A stretch of DNA of 62,415 nt, taken from positions 1 to 62,415 of the forward strand of contig QWPN01000106.1 in assembly GCA_003671185.1 (NCBI GenBank). The letters run 5' to 3'. The position numbers were made by a program, and so were the translations under genes. Below are positions 30,184 through 39,678 of this stretch, one piece after another; positions within the stretch are counted from its first letter, which is position 1, and every line of letters begins with the position of its first letter. This DNA is from Planctomycetota bacterium (lineage in GTDB: Bacteria; Planctomycetota; Planctomycetia; Pirellulales; UBA1268). The notes below the pieces were generated by a model. It ran no database searches and was not told the DNA's origin. It was given only the letters and a program-made list of their open reading frames with translations.

Positions 30184-32616
30184 TCAGCGGTCGCTGTACA
30201 CGCGGGTGATCTCTTCCTTGGTGATCGGCGCGAGATGATCCGCGCTCTCCAGCCGAACCTGGATGCGGTGGTCGCCGGCCCGGCTGCCCCGGACGCGGAT
30301 GCGGAACAGCGCCTCCTCCGCAGGGGCGAGCTTGGCGAGCGGCTCGAACGCCACGGTGAGGTTTTCCACCCGGTGGCCGGCGGGTCCCTGGGCCTGCAGC
30401 GGCTCCAGGTCGCCGAGCAGGGAGGCCGTGAGCCGCACGCCCGTGGCGGGCTTGGTGCCCTGGTTGCGGACGCGGATCACGTACTCGGTTACCCCGTTGA
30501 CCTCGATGGGGTCCTCGCTGTCGACGACGTCGAAGACGAGCGCCGCCAGTCCCTCCACCTCGCAGACGTGCGCCACCTGATCGGCCAGCCCGTCGGCACT
30601 CCGCGCGGCGGCCACGATCTTCTGCGGGCCGAGATCGACCGGCATCACCACCACCTCGACGGTGCCCGTCTCACCGGCCGGCAGTTCCTCCAGGTTCCAG
30701 AGCACGCGGTGCGTGCGGTCGTCGTGCCAGCCCGCGTTGTTGGCGCGCACGAACTTCATGCCGGCGGGCAGTTGGGCGGCCAGTTCGATTGCCCGGGCTG
30801 GCGCCGTGCCGGCGTTGACCATCGAAATCGAGCAGGTCGCCGGCCGCTGCAGGAAACGCCGCAGCGGCATGTCGACGGCCAGTGCCAGTGTCGGGGCGGT
30901 GACCTCGAGCGGCACCTGCCGCTCCACCTCGATGCCACCGTCGCCTCGCGCCGCCAGTCGGGCGGCCTGGACACCCGGGCCACGGGTGCCGAGCACGAGA
31001 TCGATCGTGCGTGACTCGCCGGGCCGCAGTTGCCCCACGTCGAACTCGAGTTCGCGGCCCGACCGGTGGGAGACGTTCTCGGGGAGGAAGCCCTCCAGCA
31101 CGACGCCCGTGGCGACGCCCGAGCCGGGGTTCGTGATCGTGATCGTGAGCTGCATGTCGCGGCCGATGAGCACGGGCGTCGGCATGGTGCACTCCAACTG
31201 CAGGTCGGGTTTCGTGGAACGCGAGCGCACGGAGGCGTCGGCGCGGAAGCTGACGCTGGCCACGCTGCCGATCTCACCTTCGACCTGAGGCAGCACCTCC
31301 ATGGTGACGTGGGCCTGGCCGCCCGGGGGCAGCGTGCCCAGCGCCCAGACGAGTTCGTTGGCCGCGGTGCCGGAGGCCGCCGTGACCGGGCTGGCGGGTG
31401 GCGTCGTGGTGACGAGCGTCGTGCCGCTGGGAACGGCGTCGCGCAGCGTCAGTTCGTGTGCGGTAGCGCTGCCGACGTTGCGCACCAGGATCTCGTAGCG
31501 GGCCGGCTTGCCCACCTGAATCTCGCGCGGGCCGCGTTTCTCCACGGAGAGTTGTGGCGTCTGCACCCCTTCGAGTTGGAGCGGTCCGGGACGTCCCTGG
31601 CCGGTGGTTTCGGCCGGGGCGGCTGTGGGTGCGCCGGCTGGGGGTCCCGTATGGGGCATGATCGGGGGGGCGGCGGCGAACGCCGAGGCCTGCGGCGGTG
31701 CCGACGGTGCGAAGGCGGGCTGTGTGGCTGGCGCGGCCATGGGCGGCGCGACGGGCGGTGCGACGGGTGCAGCGACGGGTGCAGCGACGGGTGCAGCGAC
31801 GGGTGCAGCGACGGGTGCAGCGACGGGTGCAGCGACGGGTGCAGCGACGGGTGCAGCGACGGGCGGTGCCGTTGTGGCTGACTGCGAACGGGGCGGCGGA
31901 GCGATGTCGGTCGCCCCTGGCGGGACCGGCGTCGCAGATGCCAACGGCGGATCGCTGTCGTCAGCCGACGTGGCCAGCGGAGGCTGCTCGACGGCGTCTG
32001 GGGCCGACTCCAGCGTGGCAGTGTCATCCGGAGCCGGCGGCGGTTCCGCATCGATCTCTTTCGCGGCGGGAGGGGAGAGTCTTTCCGGCGGCGCAGACAA
32101 ATCCGTGGCGGCGACCGTCGCGATGTCCGGTGCGACGGCGTGGGCCGACGCACCATCGGTATCGGTGAGCGGTTCTGCCGCAGACGGGGCAGGGAGTTCA
32201 CCGGCATCCGCCGCTGTCGAGCCGTGGGAGAAGCGGGACAAGGGCCGCTGGTCACGGGTGGGCACGATCGCCGCCGGTACATCGAGCGAGGCCGGTCGGG
32301 CGGGATAGCGATCATCGTGTGCGGGCGGGACTTCCGGCGCTCGCGGCTGCCAGCGGTCATGCGTCGGCGCGGCCTGCCGCGGTTCCTCGTCGACGAGAGG
32401 CAGGCGCGCCGGCGGTGCCTGCGGATCGACGGCCGCCGGATCCGTGGCCGCCATATCGGCTGCCGGCTGGTGGCGTCCGATTCCCAGTGCCCACACGCTG
32501 CCGAACCCCAGCACCGCACAGACGATGGCCCCGATCACGACCGGGAGGTTCGACTGCGGCGGCGGAACCACGAGTTCCTGGCGCGAAGGACGTTCGGCTT
32601 CAGGCAGATCAGGCAT
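30184..32616 (-). CDS. membrane-anchored DUF11-repeat (conserved repeat domain) surface protein with Pro/Ala-rich linker
   Basis: Has an N-terminal TM helix (VVIGAIVCAVLGFGSVWAL), a roughly 300-aa P/A-rich low-complexity region and four Ig-like repeats of the type GxxxxYxIxVxNxGxxxAxxVxL. Confidence 0.7.
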   Translation of the reverse strand: MPDLPEAERPSRQELVVPPPQSNLPVVIGAIVCAVLGFGSVWALGIGRHQPAADMAATDPAAVDPQAPPARLPLVDEEPRQAAPTHDRWQPRAPEVPPAHDDRYPARPASLDVPAAIVPTRDQRPLSRFSHGSTAADAGELPAPSAAEPLTDTDGASAHAVAPDIATVAATDLSAPPERLSPPAAKEIDAEPPPAPDDTATLESAPDAVEQPPLATSADDSDPPLASATPVPPGATDIAPPPRSQSATTAPPVAAPVAAPVAAPVAAPVAAPVAAPVAAPVAAPVAPPVAPPMAAPATQPAFAPSAPPQASAFAAAPPIMPHTGPPAGAPTAAPAETTGQGRPGPLQLEGVQTPQLSVEKRGPREIQVGKPARYEILVRNVGSATAHELTLRDAVPSGTTLVTTTPPASPVTAASGTAANELVWALGTLPPGGQAHVTMEVLPQVEGEIGSVASVSFRADASVRSRSTKPDLQLECTMPTPVLIGRDMQLTITITNPGSGVATGVVLEGFLPENVSHRSGRELEFDVGQLRPGESRTIDLVLGTRGPGVQAARLAARGDGGIEVERQVPLEVTAPTLALAVDMPLRRFLQRPATCSISMVNAGTAPARAIELAAQLPAGMKFVRANNAGWHDDRTHRVLWNLEELPAGETGTVEVVVMPVDLGPQKIVAAARSADGLADQVAHVCEVEGLAALVFDVVDSEDPIEVNGVTEYVIRVRNQGTKPATGVRLTASLLGDLEPLQAQGPAGHRVENLTVAFEPLAKLAPAEEALFRIRVRGSRAGDHRIQVRLESADHLAPITKEEITRVYSDR
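31748..31867. repeat. 12-bp tandem repeat (gcgacgggtgca) x 8 perfect plus 2 flanking imperfect copies
   Basis: Read directly from the sequence. Perfect units run 31760-31855, with variant units at 31748-31759 and 31856-31867. They encode (APVA)n in the DUF11 protein. Confidence 0.95.
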
Positions 32617-32693
32617 GACGAGACCCTCGTGCGCCGCCCCCGGGATCGGGGCTGGCAGCGGGGAAGTAGCAGACCGCTGGCCTGTGGAGAAGG

Positions 32694-33626
32694 TCAGTCG
32701 GCGGGAGCCGTAGACGGCGCGGGTGGGGCGGACTGGTGAATCCCAAGTAGGCCCCGGAGGTGGAAGTGGAACTTGCCGAGCTTGCCACCGTAGTTGCCCG
32801 CCGAAATCGCCGGCACGTCGCGTCCGGCGGCGGCGTGAATTCCCGCCGCCATTGCCGCCCCCACGGCCGCCTCGTCGGCGCCGTCGATGACGATCTCCAG
32901 GCCACAGGCCGCGTCGGGGTGCAGGCTCGTGGCCACCCGGCCGGACAGCCCCGGGCAGAAGGCCTCGTTCGTCGACCCGCGCAAGGCCGCGTACCGCGAT
33001 CCCACCTTGCTGCCCGAGCGGACGACGCCGCCGGGGAAGGGAGTGATGACGGCCGGCAGCGCCGCGATCGCCTCCACCGCGCGGCGTGCGGACTCCAAAG
33101 CCGCTTCCAGCGTGCGTGCCTGGACGATGAAGTTGCCGCCCCCCACTCCCGGCGCCACGCCCGCCGATTCCTCCACGAGGAATTCGCCGTCCATCACTGG
33201 CACCCGCCAGAATCGCCTGTCATCGAACATCTTGGTCTTCTCGAACCCGTCCCCGAAAAATCGCACGTGACCGCCGAGCGGCACCCGTTCAGTGGCCGAC
33301 GGCAGTCCGTCGAACACCGCCGTGGTGGGGCAGGTGAGCAGGCACTGCGACGTGCGGTTTGCCAGCGCCTTGCCCACTGCCTCGGCCGAGAAGGCAAAGG
33401 CCATCAGCGCCACCCCCGGTCTGCCGTCCGGCGTCTCGCCCATTCCCAGCCTGCGTTCGACCCCCACCTCGGCATCGCAGCCGATCACGCTCGTGCCGTA
33501 GCCGCAGGCGGCGCGAATGGCCGCCTCCAGCCAGTGGTCGTCGTGGGCGGTGACCACGAGCCGGGCGAACCGGAGCCGGAACGCCTCCGCGAACGTGTCG
33601 ACGATCTGGGTGGAGCCAATGAACAA
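32694..33626 (-). CDS. fhcD: formylmethanofuran--tetrahydromethanopterin N-formyltransferase
   Basis: Resembles archaeal/methylotroph Ftr along its full length: VDTFAEAF...ARLVVTA, GYGTSVIGCDAEVG, ETPDGRPGVALM, FFGDGFE, WRVPVMDGEFLVE, GGGNFIVQA, PFPGGVVRSGSKVGS, STNEAFCP, ISAGNYGGKLG. Confidence 0.85.
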   Translation of the reverse strand: MFIGSTQIVDTFAEAFRLRFARLVVTAHDDHWLEAAIRAACGYGTSVIGCDAEVGVERRLGMGETPDGRPGVALMAFAFSAEAVGKALANRTSQCLLTCPTTAVFDGLPSATERVPLGGHVRFFGDGFEKTKMFDDRRFWRVPVMDGEFLVEESAGVAPGVGGGNFIVQARTLEAALESARRAVEAIAALPAVITPFPGGVVRSGSKVGSRYAALRGSTNEAFCPGLSGRVATSLHPDAACGLEIVIDGADEAAVGAAMAAGIHAAAGRDVPAISAGNYGGKLGKFHFHLRGLLGIHQSAPPAPSTAPAD

Positions 33627-33756
33627 GGGTGCGCTTCCTGGCGGCGTTGTGCGGTGATTCGCCGCCGGTGTTCGCCGGCAGGCGGATGCCGTATCTTACG
33701 GGCCGCGGGTGGTGCGTGGCGCCGGTCCCGCCAGCCCGCCCCACCTGCCGTAAAGG

Positions 33757-36135
33757 ATGACACCGATGCGTCGCCCATGTGCCGGCCTGTTCACGTTCCG
33801 GGTGCAGTCGCTTGGCGGCTCCATCCGCGCAGTCCTCGCCCTGGCGATCGGCCTCGCGGTCACCGGTTTCCCGGCGCCTGCAGCCGAGAAGGGCAACCTG
33901 GCAGGCAGCGGCGTGCAGATCGTGCCCCGTGACGCCGCCTTCCTCTCCGCCTCGCTGCGGCTGCGCGAGCAGTACGACCGGATCGTGGGCAGCAACGCCT
34001 TCGCCGCCCTCAAGAAACTGCCGGCCGTGGCCCGTGCCCTCGACTCCTTCGAAGAGCAACGCACGATGCCCGGCAGCCCGTTCTCCATGTTTGAGACGTT
34101 CATGGAATTGCCCGAGAACGAGCAGGCGGCCGACCTGATCCGCGACATGGTCGCCTCCGACACGTTCGTGTACGGCGAGCCTTCGTGTGTCTCCTTTCTT
34201 ACCTTGCTGCAGAAGCTCCAGCAGGCGCAGCAGGCCGCCGGTCTCGTCTGGGACAACGACATGATGCTCGAACTCGAGGATGTGTTACCCGGGCCTGACG
34301 ACGACCTGCCCGAGGACTCGGCTGCGACCGGTCGTCCGCTGCGGCCCGTCGCGTTTCGTGCCGACGCGGCGGAACAGATGGCCCCGGGGCAGCGACAGAC
34401 CCGCATGGTCGTGGAAGCACTCGTGGCCAACCTCGATCTGCTGGTCGTGCCCGACGTGGTGTGGGGGTTCAAGACCACGAAGCGGGACATCGGCCGCTCG
34501 CAGCTCAAGCGCATCGAGGTGCTCACCAAGCTGCTTGTGCAGGCCAGCCCCGACCTGGAGGATGCCCTGGCCCGCCGCAAGGTGGCCGGCGGGGAGTTCG
34601 TCACCTTCACGCTCGATGGCGCCACGCTGCCCTGGGACGACATGGCCGCGCAGGTGGCGGAAATGGCCGGCGACGTGCAGGGTGCCGAGAAGGTCATCGA
34701 CCGCCTGCGGTCGCTGGACGTGGTGCTGGCGGTGGGCATGGTCGACGATTGGGTGATCGTCACGATCGGCGACTCGGTCGACCATCTGGAAAAGCTGGCG
34801 TTCCAAAATCCCGACAAGGGCCTGCTGGCAACCCGGCCATTCGCCCCGCTGCGGGCCGATGCCGACAAGCCGATCACAGCCATCTCATACGTCAGCGAGC
34901 CGCTCGCCGAGGCCCTCGCCACCACGCCGGACGATCTCGACGATGCGGTCGATTCGCTCTCCGGGCTGGCCGCGGACGCCGGTCTGCCGCCGGGTGCGGA
35001 GAAGGACATCCGCGGCTGGCTGGCAGGCATCCGCGACGAGTTCGGCAAGCGCATGCCCGACCCCGGGGCGTGGATGTCGTATTCGTTCTTCGGTGACCAG
35101 GGCTACGAGGGCTACGCCTGGGACTGGACGAGGAACCTGCCGTTCGACGGAGCCAGGCAACTCGATCTCCTGCGGCACACGGGTGGGACGCCCGTGGCGG
35201 TCGCCATGCAGCGATTCAAGTCGGATCCGCGGCTGCTCGATGCCACGGTCGGCATCGCGGCGGGGGCATGGACGCTGTTCACGACCTACGGCCGCCCGCA
35301 GTTGGACGCGGAGACGCAGGACCGCTTCGACGCCTTCGAGGAGCACATGGCCCCGCTGGGGGGAAAGCTCGCCGACGTGATCCGCGCCAAGCTGGTGCCA
35401 GCCCTGGCCGACGGTCAGGTGGGCCTCGTCCTCGACGCAAAGACCAGAACGAAGCGGCCGCACAAGGAGTTGCCCGCGTCCACCGAACTGCTGCCGCTGG
35501 TGGAGCCGGCCATCGTGCTGCCGCTCGCCGACCGCAAGCAATTCATCTCCGGGCTCAACGACCTATTTGCGCTGGCGGATGAAGTCGTAGCCGCCCTGCG
35601 CCGCATGGACCCCGACGCGGTGCCGGCCGGCTACGAAGTGCCCGAGCCGACGAAGACGAAGGTGGATGGAGGCACGGTGTGGTCGTTCCCGTTGTCCGCC
35701 TCAGGACTCGACGACCAGTTGCAGCCTGCCATCGGCGTGGGCGATGAGGCGGTCGTGTTCTCGCTCGGGCCCCAGCAGGCCGGCAGGATGATCGCGGCGG
35801 TGCCGCTCGAGATCGGCAGACGGCTGACCCGGTTCGATGCACCGCTCGCCGGTGCCGCGGCCGTGGACGTGCCAGGGTTCTTCGACGCCCTGGCGCCCTG
35901 GGTCAGGTACGTGGCCCGCTACGCCAGCGTTCAGGATCGCGACGGCGCAGTCGATCCCGAAGCGGAACTCTCGGCCGACGACGAGAACGAGCAGACGCGT
36001 GAGGCGCTCGAGCACGTGCGGGTCGTGCTCGAGGTGCTCAAGACATTGAAGGTGGCCGTGGCCGAGACGGCGTTTCGCGACGAAGCTTTGGTCACGCACT
36101 GGCGGAACGTAATCCGTGATCTGCCTCAGCCGTGA
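33757..36135 (+). CDS. secreted hypothetical protein (792 aa)
   Basis: Has a signal peptide (AVLALAIGLAVTGFPAPAA) and coding-like composition. Its architecture is loosely similar to the 16521..18503 protein. No domain was recognised. Confidence 0.55.
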   Translation: MTPMRRPCAGLFTFRVQSLGGSIRAVLALAIGLAVTGFPAPAAEKGNLAGSGVQIVPRDAAFLSASLRLREQYDRIVGSNAFAALKKLPAVARALDSFEEQRTMPGSPFSMFETFMELPENEQAADLIRDMVASDTFVYGEPSCVSFLTLLQKLQQAQQAAGLVWDNDMMLELEDVLPGPDDDLPEDSAATGRPLRPVAFRADAAEQMAPGQRQTRMVVEALVANLDLLVVPDVVWGFKTTKRDIGRSQLKRIEVLTKLLVQASPDLEDALARRKVAGGEFVTFTLDGATLPWDDMAAQVAEMAGDVQGAEKVIDRLRSLDVVLAVGMVDDWVIVTIGDSVDHLEKLAFQNPDKGLLATRPFAPLRADADKPITAISYVSEPLAEALATTPDDLDDAVDSLSGLAADAGLPPGAEKDIRGWLAGIRDEFGKRMPDPGAWMSYSFFGDQGYEGYAWDWTRNLPFDGARQLDLLRHTGGTPVAVAMQRFKSDPRLLDATVGIAAGAWTLFTTYGRPQLDAETQDRFDAFEEHMAPLGGKLADVIRAKLVPALADGQVGLVLDAKTRTKRPHKELPASTELLPLVEPAIVLPLADRKQFISGLNDLFALADEVVAALRRMDPDAVPAGYEVPEPTKTKVDGGTVWSFPLSASGLDDQLQPAIGVGDEAVVFSLGPQQAGRMIAAVPLEIGRRLTRFDAPLAGAAAVDVPGFFDALAPWVRYVARYASVQDRDGAVDPEAELSADDENEQTREALEHVRVVLEVLKTLKVAVAETAFRDEALVTHWRNVIRDLPQP

Positions 36136-36168
36136 CCGCACGGTGCCGGGAGCCAGGCGGCCCCGGTC

Positions 36169-37275
36169 TCATGCGTTGCGGTGATGGATCGGCCGCACGA
36201 GGCCGCGGACCAGGATGTCGCCGCCGGGGTGTGACACCTCTTCGACGTCGATGGCGGGGGTGTCTGCCAGAGCGGGCAGGCCGGCCGGGCCCCCTATCAG
36301 ACGCGGGGCCACGAAGGCCCACACCTCGTCCACCTGGCCGCGCGAAAAACAGTGTGCCAGCACGGCGCTGCCGCCCTCCACAAGCAGGTTGGTGAGCCGG
36401 CGGCGGCCGAGTTCGTCGAGCAGACTCTCGAGCCTGACGCCGCGGTCGTGGGCCGCTGATCGCCACACCTCGCAGCCTGCCGCCTCGAGGGCGGCGCAGC
36501 GCTCGCGCGGTGCTTCCGGCCCCACGGCCACGAGCACCGGCACAGTGCCGGCCGTGCGCACGAGTTGGCAGGCCAAGGGCAGCAGCGCCTCGTCGTCGAA
36601 CACGAGTCGCAACGCCTGCCGCGGGCCGGCCGGCCGGGCGGTGAGCAGCGGGTCGTCGGCGAGAACCGTGCCCAGCCCCACGGCGATGGCGTCGATTCGG
36701 CCGCGGAGTTCGTGCACGAGCATCCGTGATTCCGCCGAAGAGATCCAGCGGTCGTCGCCGGGGTGCGTTGCCAGCCGTCCGTCGAGGCTCATGGCCCATT
36801 TGGCGATCACCCAGGGCCTGCCCGTGGCGACCAGCTTGCGGAACGGCGCGATGAGCCGCCCGGCCTCGGCCGCGCGGAGTCCCACGTCAACCGCGATGCC
36901 CGCGCGCCGCAGGGCCTCGAGGCCACGGCCGGCCACCTGCGGAAACGGGTCGTCGGTCGCCACCACCACGCGGGTGATACCCGCGGCCACGATGGCCTCG
37001 GTGCAGGGAGGGGTCTTGCCCTGGTGGCAGCAGGGTTCGAGCGTCACGTAGAGCGTGCCGCCACGGGCGCCGGCGCCGGCGGCCGCAAGGGCCACGACCT
37101 CGGCGTGTGGTCCGCCGAACGCGGAGTGCCAGCCTTCGGCGACGATCCTGCCGCCCTTCTGCGGCAGGGCGATCACGGCGCCCACCATGGGATTGGGCTC
37201 GACGTGGCCCTGGCCACGCCGGGCCAGTTCCAGGGCTCGACCCATCGCCAGCGAATCGAAGGCGGTGAACGTCAT
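36169..37275 (-). CDS. ribD: bifunctional riboflavin biosynthesis deaminase/reductase
   Basis: Has the CMP/dCMP deaminase zinc motifs HAEVVAL and PCCHQGKTPPC, followed by a RibD C-terminal reductase domain. Confidence 0.92.
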   Translation of the reverse strand: MTFTAFDSLAMGRALELARRGQGHVEPNPMVGAVIALPQKGGRIVAEGWHSAFGGPHAEVVALAAAGAGARGGTLYVTLEPCCHQGKTPPCTEAIVAAGITRVVVATDDPFPQVAGRGLEALRRAGIAVDVGLRAAEAGRLIAPFRKLVATGRPWVIAKWAMSLDGRLATHPGDDRWISSAESRMLVHELRGRIDAIAVGLGTVLADDPLLTARPAGPRQALRLVFDDEALLPLACQLVRTAGTVPVLVAVGPEAPRERCAALEAAGCEVWRSAAHDRGVRLESLLDELGRRRLTNLLVEGGSAVLAHCFSRGQVDEVWAFVAPRLIGGPAGLPALADTPAIDVEEVSHPGGDILVRGLVRPIHHRNA

Positions 37276-37286
37276 GGGGCGGGACG

Positions 37287-39467
37287 CTAGCCCGGAGTCC
37301 AGATGACCTTCTTCTCGCCGGATGGACCGGCCTGCTCGCCACCCGGAGTCCAGATCCGGCCCGCCTCGGCGGACCCCGCGGCGGGTGCGGCGGCCGCGGC
37401 GGGAGTCATGCCGGGCGCGGCGGCACGGCCCGCCAGGGCCGACAGGTCGACCCCCGCCTCCATCAGCACCTCGGTGAGGGCCTGCAGCACCCGCTGGTCA
37501 CGGCCGTGGTCGCGGCGCAGATGCTCGAGCAGCCGCACGCTTTCGGCCTCGTCGCCGCGCTGCATCCGCACCCGCAGTTCCGTCACGTCGAGCATGCCGT
37601 CGTTGGCCTTGAGCGTGGCCGCCAGGCCACGAAGTTCCGTCAGGATCTCCAGCTTGCGGACACTCGACAGGGCGCGGTCCTCGAGCAGACCGAGCGACTC
37701 CCAGCGGTCCTCGGGGCTGGCTTCGGACCGGGCCAACAGCGCCTCGGCGGCCTTTTCCGCCGCCCGTTCGAAGCCTGCGTCGAGCGCCGTGACGAACACG
37801 CCCCGCAGCTGATCCAGATCGAGTCGTTGCATGTCGAGCCGATGCCACCGCAGTGGGGGCACTTCGTCGAGCGGATGCGCCGCAGTGATCGGTGCCGCGG
37901 GGGCCAGACCCAGCCGGCCGCGCATCTCCGTCCAGGCGTCGGCGGCATCGCGGCGGCGCGACGTGGCCTCCCCCTCGGTGACGAGCGCCTCGACCCGCCG
38001 GGCGGCATCATTGTCGGCGAGGGCCTGACGCGGCGTCTTGCCCAGCAACTCGGGGAGCGGCGTGTCGGGCCAGACGTGCAGGAAGCGGCCCCATAGTGCG
38101 TCGCGCTGCTGCTGCATCAGCGTGTCGAAGGCGGAGGCTTCGCCGGGTTGGGCCGCCGGTGGCCGGGTGGAGGGGGCCTGCATCCGGAACTGGCTGCCGA
38201 GCAGCCAGTTGGTGGGCGTGGTGGCGGGCATGCCGGCCGCATCGGCTTCCGCTCCGAATTCGCAGCCCAGCACAGAGGCCGCGATCGGTGCCGCGGTGTC
38301 GACGTCGGGACCGAAGCCTTGCAGCACCGCCTCGGGCTCGCGGTCGGTCTGCCGTGCGAAGACGAGCAGCGAGGCCAGCAGCCGAGCCGCGCGGCCGTCG
38401 CCGGGCGCCGTCTCGTAGACCCGCCACACCGACCGCGGCGGCGCCGCGTTCCGTGCCACCCATGCCGACCGGTCGAAAGCGGCCGGCTCACAGCGGGGGT
38501 CGTGGCGGAGTGTGTCTTCGAGCAGGTCGAGGGCTGCCGAGCCCTCCTCCCCGGCCGGTACCCGCAGCACCGCGCCGCGGCTGGCGAAGCGGATCACCGG
38601 AGAACGGTCGGGATTGGCCTCGGTCTCCAGGGCCACCGCGCGGCCGGTGGCTTCGACCGCGTCGTCGGGCGCGGCGTCCGGCAGCCGGGCCAAGGCCAGC
38701 CAGGCCTCGGACGCCTCGAAGGGCAGGGCCAACATCTCACAGAGCACGGCGATGTTCGTCCACAGCGGCCTGCTGCCCGCGGCGACCGCCTTCAGGCTGC
38801 GGAATCCGCCAAGCGCACGGGACAGCCGCCAGTGCCGGGCGTGGTCCAGAGCCAGTTGAAAATCGGGCAGCCACGGGGCGTCGCCATCGGCATCCTCGAG
38901 CGGCATCTTCGTGCGCAGTGCCGCAGGCACTCCCGACGAGGCCACGATCGCGGCGAGCAGACGCCGTTCCTCCTCGTTGCCCGGGGCCACCTCGGTGATC
39001 CAGTCCACCACTCCCTGGGCGAAGCCGATGTGGCCGAGTTGCGCGGCTGCCTGCACGAGCGTGGCGGCCACCCGCACGAGTTCCGGGATCGTTTCGGCGC
39101 TGGCGGCCTCGCGGGCCTTGTCGAACAGGGCGGCTGCTTCCTGCATGTTTCCCGCCACGGCATCGGTCACCGCAGCTTGCCCCAGCGCCAAGGGATTGCC
39201 GGGGAAGGCGTCGAGGAACGCCCTGCTGCTGGCGGCGGCATCGGCGAACTGCTTCGTGCCGAGTTCGAGTTTCGTGCGTGTCGCCATCAGGCAGGCCCGC
39301 CCGGGGTGCTTCTCGGCCAGCCGCCGCACCTGGTCGAGGGCCGCCGAAACCTGATCCCCCTCGATGAGTCGATCGAGTTGCTCGAGATCGCCCACCAGGT
39401 CGGCGCAGCAGAACTTGATCTTCTTGCCGGTGCCGCCGGGACAGGGAGCGTAGGTGTCGATGGCCAT
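37287..39467 (-). CDS. SEC-C-motif-like N-terminus, helical-repeat protein (about 726 aa)
   Basis: The start is Met132 of the listed ORF (coordinate by codon arithmetic). The N-terminus MAIDTYAPCPGGTGKKIKFCC resembles the SecA C-terminal metal-binding motif. The rest is alpha-helical, TPR-like. Confidence 0.55.
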   Translation of the reverse strand: MAIDTYAPCPGGTGKKIKFCCADLVGDLEQLDRLIEGDQVSAALDQVRRLAEKHPGRACLMATRTKLELGTKQFADAAASSRAFLDAFPGNPLALGQAAVTDAVAGNMQEAAALFDKAREAASAETIPELVRVAATLVQAAAQLGHIGFAQGVVDWITEVAPGNEEERRLLAAIVASSGVPAALRTKMPLEDADGDAPWLPDFQLALDHARHWRLSRALGGFRSLKAVAAGSRPLWTNIAVLCEMLALPFEASEAWLALARLPDAAPDDAVEATGRAVALETEANPDRSPVIRFASRGAVLRVPAGEEGSAALDLLEDTLRHDPRCEPAAFDRSAWVARNAAPPRSVWRVYETAPGDGRAARLLASLLVFARQTDREPEAVLQGFGPDVDTAAPIAASVLGCEFGAEADAAGMPATTPTNWLLGSQFRMQAPSTRPPAAQPGEASAFDTLMQQQRDALWGRFLHVWPDTPLPELLGKTPRQALADNDAARRVEALVTEGEATSRRRDAADAWTEMRGRLGLAPAAPITAAHPLDEVPPLRWHRLDMQRLDLDQLRGVFVTALDAGFERAAEKAAEALLARSEASPEDRWESLGLLEDRALSSVRKLEILTELRGLAATLKANDGMLDVTELRVRMQRGDEAESVRLLEHLRRDHGRDQRVLQALTEVLMEAGVDLSALAGRAAAPGMTPAAAAAPAAGSAEAGRIWTPGGEQAGPSGEKKVIWTPG

Positions 39468-39678
39468 GCGCGGAAGGAGTCCGGAGTGCGGGAGAAGTGC
39501 GGTGCCGCCGCTCCCCGAATGTACCAGAGGCATGGTGCCGTGAAAGGCGACCGCCCGGTTGCCCGCGGCTGCCGCCGGCCACATACTTGCCTCCCACGCG
39601 GGTGGAGAGGCGGCCGCCGCGGGACGGGCTCCGGCGCGCGAAGCCCGCGGTATCCCGACCAGCCCCGGCGAGCGGTTC

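Noticed and set aside
37276-37286. FMN riboswitch upstream of ribD
   Set aside because: Only 11 nt separate ribD from the preceding gene, so there is no room for an RFN element.
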